Shown here in pieces: positions 40,119 through 50,858 of a DNA stretch of 64,000 nt (the first letter of the stretch is position 1; every line of letters begins with the position of its first letter). The notes under the pieces were generated by a model. That model had not been told where the DNA came from and ran no database searches. It saw only the letters and a list, made by a program, of their open reading frames with translations. A program made the translations under genes and the position numbers. The stretch comes from Xylographa opegraphella (taxonomy: Eukaryota), in contig JALDZX010000060.1 in assembly GCA_022813865.1 (NCBI GenBank), forward strand, positions 1 to 64,000, in the 5' to 3' direction.

Positions 40119-40822
40119 TATCAGCAAAAAGAAAAACAAATATTCGATCAAAAAGTATACTTTTTGCGCAAAAAGAAAATTTGCAGAAATAGCACAAAGT
40201 TTTTAATTTTTAATTTTTATATATTTTTTGCATACTTTTTACGTATTTAATACATTTAGCGGGTTTAACACGTTGAGCAAAATTTTTATTATATTGAAAA
40301 ATAAATAAAAGTCCCAAAATGATTAAATTCGCTCAAACAATATTTAAAAAATATTAAAGATAAATAAAAACTAATTAAATAAAAAGAATTTCGAACTTTT
40401 TTAAATTCCTTTAAGCAGGTCTTTTACTAGGTTTATATAAACAATATAACTACGTAAATGAATCGATTTTACGTAAAATTTTAAATTCGTTAAAGTTTTT
40501 GAACTACGTTAAATATTCGTAAAGTTACGGCGTTAATAAATATTCACGAATAATACCCGTTGATTTGAAACTTTATTATTTATTTTATTTATAGTTATTT
40601 TTAATTATTTTTAGCTATTTATAATTAGTTTTAGCTATTTTTTTTTAAAAAGGTATTTAAACGGTATTTCAAACGTATTTTAAATATATAAAATATACTT
40701 TGAAAAATTTAAAAAGTAAAAACTTTTGCTAAACGTTTTGAAACGAGTTAAATACGCAAAAAGCATATTTTTGATCGATTCATAAAACCTTGAATTTTAA
40801 GTAAAAACTTTTTCTGCTGATG
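40119..40822. mobile_element. MITE-like DNA element (Tc1/mariner-type TA flanks)
   Basis: TA-(T/C)ATCAGCA...TGCTGATG-TA ends and a subterminal inverted motif TCGATCAAAAA..TTTTTGCG. Inverted copy at 55845-56478. Confidence 0.7.
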
Positions 40823-41067
40823 TATTTTTCAATCAAATTTTTACAAAACGACTTGATTTTCCTGCGAAATACAAATATTCAAATTTTACGCCTATTAAAA
40901 AAATTTAATAATTGATATTTTATTTTATTTGAAATTATTAATCGTCTTAAAATATAATTTTATAAAATCAATTTTTAATATATATAAAATTTGTGTTACT
41001 TTTTACGTAAAATTTCTTAAAATACGAAAAATAAATACGCGAACCCCGATTATTTTATTTTCATTAA

Positions 41068-41255
41068 AATAATAGATAATAGATAATAGATAATAAATAA
41101 TAAATAATAAATAATAAATAATAAATAATAAATAATAAATAATAAATAATAAATAATAAATAATAAATAATAAATAATAAATAATAAATAATAAATAATA
41201 AATAATAAATAATAAATAATAAATAATAAATAATAAATAATAAATAATAAATAAT
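41068..41255. repeat. 7-bp microsatellite (AAATAAT)n, first units AGATAAT
   Basis: Over 20 tandem units read directly. Confidence 0.9.
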
Positions 41256-41917
41256 ATAATTATCGAGCTAATAAAAAGTGTTTATAAAATATTTTTTTTC
41301 GCCCCAGGCCTATTATTTCCTAAATAATTATTCAAAACTTTATTGCAATAAATTTATTAATTTCTAATTCGTTTATATTTATATTTTATTAATAAATTTA
41401 CGTTACGTTTATATTATATTTATTATTTATTATTTCGTTTATATTCGCGAATTTTTATATTACGTTTATATTTGTATTATTTTTCATTTCGTTTATATTT
41501 ATTTTATACGTTATGTTTATAATGTATTTTATATTTCGCTCGTATAAATAATTTTAAATCTTTTTGAAATTAAAAAGTATGAGAAGAGGAAAAATACTAT
41601 AAAATTTAAAATTTAAAAAAGCGTTTGATTTATTGATTTATTTATTTATTAGTTTATTAATTTATTTATATTTTAAACGTGATTTTTGCCTGCTCGTATT
41701 TTGAGCGTGGCTTTTTATTTAGGAAATTCAATATATATATAGTTAAAATTTACGATTTTGAATTTCACTCTTTAATTTTAATTTAATAAATGAAAATACG
41801 TATTTTACATCTCGAATTCACAATCTTGCATTTCACATAATTTATATAAATAAATCTCTTATTTGAATTTGAAGGAAATAATATTTTTAAATATTAAACA
41901 ACTTTTTTCGTTATTGC

Positions 41918-42100
41918 TGTGACGGCTATGACATCAGTCACAGGTAATAGGGGTCAGGCTGGATCAGGACTAGCACCTTTAGTATATAGTCTCGCCCATG
42001 GAGCAGCCTCACCGCTTCTCCNNNNNNNNNNNNNNNNAAATCGTCCACCTAAAGCTTACGTTCTAGGCGTGCTTGTGTGGTGAGTTGATGAGCCGTAACA
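41918..42100 (+). mobile_element. Solo LTR, family B
   Basis: TGTGAC...GTAACA termini, TSD ATTGC, internal N gap. Confidence 0.88.
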
Positions 42101-42239
42101 ATTGCGTATATGTAAAAACAGGCTTAAAAGTAAATAATATTTTATTTTAAAAACACTTTCAAAATTGAAATAACGCGGTTATAAAAATAATTTCAAAAAC
42201 TTATAATATTTAAAATTAAAATAAAGATTTTTTAAATTA

Positions 42240-43080
42240 TTTAACGGAAAAATATAATCATGAAAATATAATCATAATTTAAATAAAAAGAATTTATACG
42301 AAATATTCGACTGGTTATCAATAATTCGCGATCCAAATTAAATAAAACGACAACGCCTTAATCGTAATATATCGAAAATATTAAAACCTCGATTAAAAAT
42401 AAATTAATGAAAATTATTATTACAATCGAAATTATAAATTAATTGATTAAAATATATATCAATATCGACGATAAAGTATAGAAATAAACTTTAAAACGAA
42501 AGTACGAAATCGAAAAATCAAATAAATTAAATTATTAAAAAAAATACCTTTAAATTAATTTTTTTTTATAAAATATTAAAATTATATGGATTAATGCATA
42601 TAAGAATTAATATATTTTAGAAATGAAAGCAAAATGTAGAAAAATAATATTTTTAAGGTGAAAAAATATATATTATTTATTACGTATATAAATTGTTTTA
42701 TTATATTGCGAAGAATTGTCGATTAAAGCATAAAGTGTTTAAAGTATGAATAAATATATATATAAAAATCCCGGTAAAGTCGAGGCTTATAAAAAACGAT
42801 TGAAAATTCTTAAATAAAAGAAACAATACGAAATTTGCCTTCATTTTAAACGATTAATTTGAAAAAGTTATAAACGAAGTAAACTTAATAGATTATTTTT
42901 ATAAAAATAAAAATAATACTATAGAAAAATTACCCCTGGGTAAAAAGGAACGGTAATAAAAATAGCGGTTTAAACGTTAATGTTTTATAAATTAAAAAAA
43001 CTCGACGATAAAAACGTTACATCAAATAATTTCGAATTTTAGATTTATAAAGGAATAATAAAAATATCGAATTAAAACTT
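42240..43080 (+). mobile_element. Heavily RIPped gag fragment related to Gypsy element 2
   Basis: Colinear with ~20350-21200, including knuckle relic ...TATATTGCGAAGAATTGTCG at ~42700. Confidence 0.65.
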
Positions 43081-43115
43081 GTTATGAACACTGTTAAAAG
43101 CGAAATAATAATAAT

Positions 43116-43312
43116 TATTAAAAGGCACGCGTATTTGGATCAGGGCGGGGGCAACAGTAATCGTATATTCGGTGAAGTTCGGTATAGGCCACGAGAACGT
43201 GACATATACCTCCTACGCTAGTACAGTACTACGCTATACATAAATAGAACTAGCCTTCAGGTATTCCTTTATGCCTACCAGCAAGTGATGCTTCTACCAA
43301 TTAAGAATAATA
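43116..43312 (+). mobile_element. GC-normal short repeat family H (probable solo LTR)
   Basis: 5' part matches the reverse complement of 62037-62098. Both copies share the terminus TATTAAAAGGCAC. Confidence 0.6.
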
Positions 43313-43314
43313 TA

Positions 43315-45000
43315 AATTGAAATAAATGGGTAAAATCAATATAATGAAATCAATGGTTCATTAAATTACCTGTTAAAATATGTTAAAAAATTACTTTTTT
43401 TTATGAAAAAAACTTCTTTATCAACGATTACGTCGGTTTAAAAAAATTAGCGTTTATATTATTTTTAAATTATATAAGAAGTATTCTGCCAATTAACGTT
43501 ATTTTTAATATTTTTATTTAATATTTACTAAATCGCGATTTTTTACTACCTTTATAATTTAGCTAAATAATAATTTTTTGAAAATAATTTAGCCAGTAAT
43601 TTAATTAATTCGTTTACGATTATATTTTACGTAAATACGAAATTATCTTAATTCTAATTTTTTAAATAAATATTTCTAATAAAATAATAAATAACGTTAA
43701 TATATTTAAATTTTTTACAAATATAAACGTTCTTAACCAGCGTTAATAATATTTATTTATTATTTTCTAATTTTATCTACGAGTTTTTTTAATATTAATT
43801 ATTCTTTATAAGATTAATACTATTTAACTCGATATTTAAAAATTTACTGCAGTCGAGATTTTGAAATAATTATATAATTAAAAATTTTTCGCGCAGTTTC
43901 ACAGAGCTATATATTTAATTTTGATAATTAAAATAGATATTTGTTTTTATTTTTATTTTATTTAAAGAATTAACTTTTCTCTAAATATATATACGTATTT
44001 AAAAATTAATATTTAATTCTGCTTATTTATTGCGTAACCAAAATCGAAGTAATTAATCAAATTTAAATTTTTATTATTTTTATAAATTACTTTAGGATTA
44101 ATTATTGAATGAACGTAATAAAATAAAAATTTTAATACGCGATCGTAACATTGTATAAAATCATCAAAGTATAAATTCGATTTTTTTAAACTAAAAACGA
44201 TATTAAAATACGTATATTCAATCGCGTATATTAATTTTTTAATTGCGTATTGATATTCGTATTAATCGATTTTTTTATTTTTAAAGCCGATTAATCGAAG
44301 CAAAGCGTAATTGTTTATAAATTTTTTATTATTTTATATTTAACGATTTTTATATATAATTTTACGAAAACTTTTTTAAATAATAAATTTAATTGAAGCA
44401 AGTTAAGCGATTTTTAATCGCGCGTAATTTAAATATCAAGAATTTTTTAATCTTTTAATTTTAAATCGATAAATTTTAATTTGACGCGGTACTGCGCCTT
44501 TGATATTATTAAGGTATAAAAATAATAAATTTTTTTTAGAAATAAAATTAATAAATTAATAAACAAGTATTAATATCATATTTTTTAAAATTAATTCGCT
44601 TAAAATTTTAAATATAATATTTATATTAATCACGAACTGCTTATTCAAAATTGTAAAAATTTTTATACAATTTTTAAATAGTATTTTTACTTAATTTCAA
44701 TATTCGATAAAAAATAATATTTATAACTTTTTTTAAAAAAAAATTTAATAAAAATATTATTAACGTTTATTCAATCGTATTTTAAATTTTTTATAATTAT
44801 TAACGCAAAAAAAATAAAACAAATTATATTTTATCGTTAAAGTAAAAGTATTATCGTAATTTACGTCGTATTGTTAAAAGAATTTTTTTTACTACGATAC
44901 GAGTTTTAAATTGATTTAATAAATCATTGACGTAAAACTTTAACTTAAATTTATTTATATATAACGATATTAACGTTTTTTAATGAAATTTTTTTTTTCA
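43315..45000 (-). mobile_element. Copia fragment (3' LTR plus RT), same family as 32799-38137
   Basis: Reverse complement aligns with ~36500-37650 and with the LTR (43315-43510). Confidence 0.75.
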
Positions 45001-45519
45001 AATTTTGTTACATACAAATACGACAATTTTCGCGTTTATTCATTTTTTTAAATCGTTAATCGCTTTTTATACATTAACGAAATAAAAATTATATTTAATT
45101 TCATAACTAATTTATCGTTTTTATCCTTTTTCCCTGGTAGCGTTAATTATATTATATTGTATGATTGATTTTTTTTAATTTTAAATAATAAATTTTTTGA
45201 ATTAGCTTGAACTATTTTTATTATTTTTAAATTTTAAATTAAAATTTTTTATTTCGTTAAATTTTCATTTAAAATTAAAAAATTTTAATAATAAATTTTA
45301 TTTAAATTAAAGCGAGAAAAATCTATAATATTTAATTATTATCGAAATTAACCTTGCTAAAAAATTTTAAAATATTAAATAAAAGATTTTCGACGATTAA
45401 TAACGTATTTTAAATATTTTAGTCGATCGAGTCGTTTCCCTTGGGAATCGTCATATTTTAAAAAAATTTAATTATTAATAAAAAAATTAAATAAACGAAA
45501 AGATTTATTTAAATAAAAC

Positions 45520-46240
45520 TTTTAATAAACGATTATAATTCATTTTAATTAATCGATTTTAAAAACAATAGAATCGATTAACGCGAATATTAACACGTAA
45601 TTAAAATTTAATATATACGATTATATATACGTGTTTTAATATCGTTATTACCCGAAAAAAAATTAATATTTTAATAATTTTGCAGAATATTACGATCGCG
45701 TATTGAAAATCTTGTTTTATTACGTTTACTTAACGATTAATTTTAAAATAATTTACGAAAATAATAAAAACTTTAATTTTATTAATTATTTTAATTTTAA
45801 ATACGCGATAAATAAGCAGAACCGAAAGTTTATTGTTCAATATATATATTTAACAAAAGGTTAATTATTTAGATAAATTAAAAGTAAAAATCGATATAGG
45901 TTTTATTTATTAAAATTAAATACATAACCCCTGTGAGTTACACGAAAGAAAATTTAAATTATATAATTATTTAAACATCTTTATTATAATAACTATTTCA
46001 ACATCGATTTGAATAGTATTAATATTTAAAAAAAATTAATATTGAAAAAACTCGTCGATATAATTAAAAAAAGAATTAAATATTAGATTAAAAACGTTTA
46101 CATTTACGAAAAATCGAAATACATTAATATTATTTATTATTTTATTAAAAAGATTTATTAAAAAATTAAATTCAGGTTAATTTTGTATTTGCGTAAAATA
46201 TAATCGTAAACAATTTTATTAAATTATTGCTTAAATTCAA
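45520..46240 (+). mobile_element. Copia RT/RNase H fragment
   Basis: Colinear with ~37140-37865. Confidence 0.75.
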
Positions 46241-46380
46241 TGTGGTGGATTCGGGGCGGGTCTTTTGGGCGCTTTTTGATTTGGAGCTTCCTTCCTCAGG
46301 CATCTACATATAGCGATAGAGCAGCAGAGCCACAACGGCAGTTAACTCGTTTTTTCTTCTTTTCACTCTCTGTCGGACGA
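46241..46380 (+). mobile_element. Truncated LTR, family E
   Basis: TGTGGTGGATTCGGGGCGGGTC start is the reverse complement of the ends at 17521 and 59213. Confidence 0.8.
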
Positions 46381-46591
46381 ATTAACGAGCGAACGGCTTT
46401 AATTATTGCAATATATATTAAAATATTAAAATAAATTACAAATTTAAATAAATGACGTACGAGATTTTTCTATTAAACGAGTAAAATAACGATAAATTTT
46501 TTAAATTAAGCGAAGTTGAACTTAAAACGTGTTTGCTTTTAACTTTTTAGTTAGAAATTCGCTAACCCGAACAGTCTTAGCGATGGACGCG

Positions 46592-46637
46592 AACCCGCAG
46601 AGGCTTAGCGCCCCTCACGTCTGGCGTACTGAGGCAA
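46592..46637 (+). promoter_or_regulatory. 46-bp upstream element shared with 832-877
   Basis: AACCCGCAGAGGCTTAGCGCCCCTCACGTCTGGCGTACTGAGGCAA, ~195 nt upstream of the PXMP4-like ATG. Partial copy at 46561-46582. Confidence 0.55.
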
Positions 46638-46832
46638 GAAATCAACTCATTTCGAGTTGTTATACCTATTTAATGTACTTCGTACTGTATTACCAAGCCA
46701 TAGCCCATCCCCATTTCACCGACATTCGCTGTGACTCTTCCTTATTAACGCTCCGTAACCCTTCGAAGATTTACATGATGAGCTAGTGACGTGCGTCGAC
46801 CGTCCTGCTTTCATTCCGCAAGGAAGATCAGC

Positions 46833-47650
46833 ATGGATACTCTGAATGTTCGTCCTTCACTTTCCTGCACAACAGTGCTCTGATTCAGGTATAGATGGCC
46901 ATTAACGATTTCATACTCAAGCCGCAATATACTGAGTATCTTGCGCTCATCAAAGCTGCACGTAATGGTGCGGTCTACGGTGCCAAAGTTCGCTTTCCGC
47001 ATGCTCTTGTGTAAGATTTGCTATCTCGGGGTAGGCAAGAAGCTTGTGTACTTATACCTTTGGTGCACACAGCATGGTATTTCTCTTTCGATCGGGCTCG
47101 TAGGTTTCGTCCTTCTCCTCCATAATCAAACCTTTCGCGTTATGCATTTTGTTGACTTCTTTTGGGCCATAGTCTGAAGGAGAAGCTTAGGATTATCTTC
47201 AAAGCGACTCGGACGCATGCGCACAATCTTGCAACATTTGCTGTCATTTACAAAACTACCGTCTTAATTCTCCGCCGTGCTTCGCGGTCTGGGGAAGAAG
47301 CATCGTACCACACTTTCCTAGCGGGTCTCCTGGGTGGCTATATTGTCTTTGGTCGCAACTCTCAATCAAGCGTCAACCAGCAGATCGTCACCTATGTCTT
47401 TGCGCGCGTCATACTTGCATTGGCAAGGATGTTTGTGCAGAAAGGTGGTATACTGCCGCTGCAGCTTCGAGAACAACTAGCTGGAAATGCATGGCCAACG
47501 TTCGCGGCGGTGAGCTGGGGAGCGGTGATGTGGCTCTTCCGGTGGTATCCAGAGACAATACAACCAAGTATGAGGAGTAGTATGCAGTATATATATACCA
47601 ATGCAGATCATTGGGGCGGGTTTCGGGATTTCCTTATACACAACAAATAG
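46833..47650 (+). CDS. Peroxisomal membrane protein 4 (PXMP4/PMP24, Tim17/Tim22/Tim23 family); exons 46833-46847, 46895-47010, 47073-47099, 47173-47650; 211 aa
   Basis: Spliced protein has RNGAVYGAKVRFPHALVMVFLFRSGS, THAHNLATF, SSVNQQI and SSMQYIY, characteristic of fungal PXMP4. Exon phases are consistent. Confidence 0.92.
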
Positions 47651-48187
47651 GACCATGAGGCTTTGCTTGCGAGGTCTTTTAATTAGAGTCCTTGGTTTTC
47701 ATAATGGCATAATAGCACTTCCGTGACGGTACTGTTCTCGGCATTTGCATTGGGATGCGCAGGCATAAGTGTGGTTAGAAACCACGGCTGAATTCAGTAT
47801 GTACACAGGGTTTTGCTAGCAGGAACCACATTTCGAGATGCTTTATAGAGATTCGTTGGGCAACTGATCACTTTCACCTGATTAAGTTCTTCATACTTCT
47901 TTCAGCATTGCATGTTATGCAAAGCCTGGTCAAGGGCAGCGGCACGAGGTGAAATGGAATTTTTCCGATGGAGGCCTAAAATCTCATGTTTCCAACTTAC
48001 AAATTCCAAAACGATGCCCATTGTCATGAATCGTTGTGATTTCCATCCGTTCGATACCAAACACACCCGCCGAAGAACGAGACTGCTTGAGAAGCTGGCC
48101 AGTCATATATCGGCCAATAGTACATGAGCCCACCCGTGGCTCCAAATATGAGCCTCAATGTTGACTCATTCCATGAAAGAGACAGCC

Positions 48188-50858
48188 TCACTCCTCCATG
48201 GGCAACAAATCGCTCATCATCAGTTGCTGCGACCAATTTGCTGGTACGTTGAACGTCGACAGGTCCTGGAACATGTCCTCGTCCCCGGTGGTATTCGTAC
48301 TCGAACAAGCATCTCGACTGTCAAATAGAGAAAAGTCGCGTGTAGGCTTTATTACTTCGTGATTGAAATCAACAAACCCTTCATCTGCTGATAGATCGTG
48401 AGAATATATCGAATAAGGAGAGTAGAGCATGGCGTCTCCCTGTGCGCCTGGGGAGAGAGAAGGAATCTGACCACATGGTGGTGCTTCTTGAGATATTGAG
48501 GGGTTCCGGCTAAACGCATCGAAGGGATGCGTTTGAACCGATGTAGCAGGTGTGATAAGCTGAACGTTAAGAGGGGCTACATCGTGATCCATGTTGCTCC
48601 AATCAAAGTTGTTGCCAAAGATTGGTTCCTCTTCATGCGAATTATCGGATGTAGATGGAAGAACCGGAGGCTCGCTCAGCGCTGCATCCCAGGACGGGCG
48701 ATGTGATTCGGTAGAGTAGTCTATCATATTGCCCGCACCGAAATGATCGTTCTGCCCATTCCATGAGAAAGCTGGATCAAATGCACCGAAGGTGTCAGCA
48801 AAGCCAGTCATCCCGTCGTTTGCATACGGCCCAGCCAATTCTGTGGCAATTCTGGATCCGCTAGTAGTGTCGACGTCACGATCTGTATATGATGGTTCGT
48901 AATAAGCTGTTACATCGTTGAACTCTGATGTAGCAGCATCAAAGATGTAAGATCCTGGAGTAGATACTTGGGGCGTTGCCGGAGTGATTCCATTCTGAGA
49001 CTTCTTGCCATTCTTGCCATTGTTCTTGGAGCGAACGTATTGCCACCCGTGAGCCTTCTCCATGTGTTGTTTGCAATTGCTTTCACGTTTACTCTCGTAA
49101 GGGCATGGCGAGTATTGACACTTATACATCGACGGAGTAGATGAATGCTTGTCGTTAACATGACGATCCCGCTCTTTCTCTGTTGGCCATCCATAAGAAT
49201 GGTACTTGCAGCTGATGTCATTGCACTTCCACGGTCGAGAGTGCGTCTTTTCATGCTTACTGTGACACAAATAAGCAATTTAAAAGCTATCAAGGTAAGG
49301 AAGTAGCTTACGTCAAGTCACAGGGTCGCTTGAAGGCCTTGTTGCACTCATTGCACTTCTGAATGTCCTTGACAGTAGGCTTAGCAGACTTTCGTCGCCG
49401 AGCCATGGAACGTAGGACATCTTCATCGGAATCTTCGCTAGCCGATCTCTTTATGCCATGCTGATACGAAGCAGAAGTATAATCAATAAAAACCTCTTCA
49501 CCCGTTCGCAGCGAGATTGATCGACCATTTTTCGTCCTAACAAGCTCAGCTTCGCGACCCGTCTGGCATAAACCACCAAAAAGATGAAGCCGTTCTTCGT
49601 CACTACTTTATGTTAATTGAGGAAAAGGTATACACTAGGATGGTGACGCCTACTCAGGTTGCTCCGGCTTTGCAGGCTCCAAAGCTAGCCTTGCTCTTGA
49701 TGCTGCTAACATTGTTGCGTATTGGCGGACCTGTTCCACAAGATCAAGGAAGTAACCGTTAGTATATGCTCTGTCAGTGGGGCGTCGTTGATCATGTTCG
49801 TTGAGGTGGTTGACCGTTGTGTGTATACACTGGATCGACGTCTCGCAGAAGTTGAGGAACGAGGTTTTGCTTGCCGACCATTTCTTTTCGCCAAAGATCA
49901 GATCCCAGACCAAACTCCAAACCGCAACGGAGAGAAAGGCTTACCGGTGCCAACCATAACAGAACTTTTTCTAAATCACGTAGGCACGTAATCTCCTTTC
50001 GTGCCACACGGTACGGGATTCCGCTGACAAGAGGATGGAAATCTTTCAACTTATCCTCGCGAATGATAGGCAGTATCAGGTGCTTTTGAATTTGCCTGCA
50101 AGCGTATTCACTCAACGTATGTTGCATGCCCGACACAGATCCGGGAGTAGCTACTGTAAGCCCGTTAATACCAGTCTGAACACAGGCGTCGTTCAAGGCC
50201 GAAGGATCCGTGGAGATGGCGTTATTACTATTCTTGTTGCTGCTGCAACGCTCGTATACTTCACGGTGTATAGGTAAGTCACAATAACGGTGATTGAAGA
50301 ACTAGCCATACCTTGCTTGATTCGTGCATGATCTCCGTCCAACGAAACTTCTGAGCTGCTCACAGTAGAACCGATACCACTGTCCGACGTGTGATGTTTC
50401 TTAGATACAAGTCGTTGATGCGATGCCCTGGAATCAAGGTAGTCATCGTTCAGATCTTGATCTACCACCATAACTTCAGAGTCATCGACTCTGCCATACA
50501 GCATGAAGAGAGGGATGGGCGGGGTATTGGCAACCAAAGTTTCTTCGCTATCCGATGAAAATGTTTCCAGGCCAGAAAGGCTTCGATCAACAGCACCTAT
50601 GATCTGCGCAATGCGATTGTCGTTACTGGTGAGGGCGCCCAAATCTGCAGCAGATGTGAACGATCTTCTCGCCAACGACGGTATACTCAATACGGGGTCG
50701 TGTTCTCCAATTGGTGACGTTGGGTTATGAAACGTGCCATTCTTTCTCAAGGAATGAGAGGCCGTGGTGGTAGACAAAGGTGATGTGGCGAGTACCGTGG
50801 TGACGGGGCAAGTATTGTGCAGAGTTCGGCGTCGAGGATTAGATTTTGGGGAATCCAT
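48188..50858 (-). CDS. ace1: C2H2 zinc-finger transcription factor ACE1/SltA; exons 50858-50312, 50258-49945, 49883-49654, 49602-49312, 49259-48188; ~817 aa
   Basis: SNPRRRT..LRKNGTFHNPTSP, SDSGIGS, CLRDLEK, RAYTNGYFLDLVEQVRQYA, and three fingers KRPCDLTKHEKTHSRPWKC...TEKERDRHVNDKH...SKRESNCKQHMEKAHGW. GT-AG phases are consistent. Confidence 0.92.

Noticed and set aside
41068..41255. Telomere-like or CRISPR-like array
   Set aside because: Simple 7-mer with no spacers, and not TTAGGG.
2000..46500. Mitochondrial insertion or bacterial contamination suggested by extreme AT content
   Set aside because: Resolved as nested LTR elements with TSDs and RIP-type changes, flanked by spliced fungal genes.
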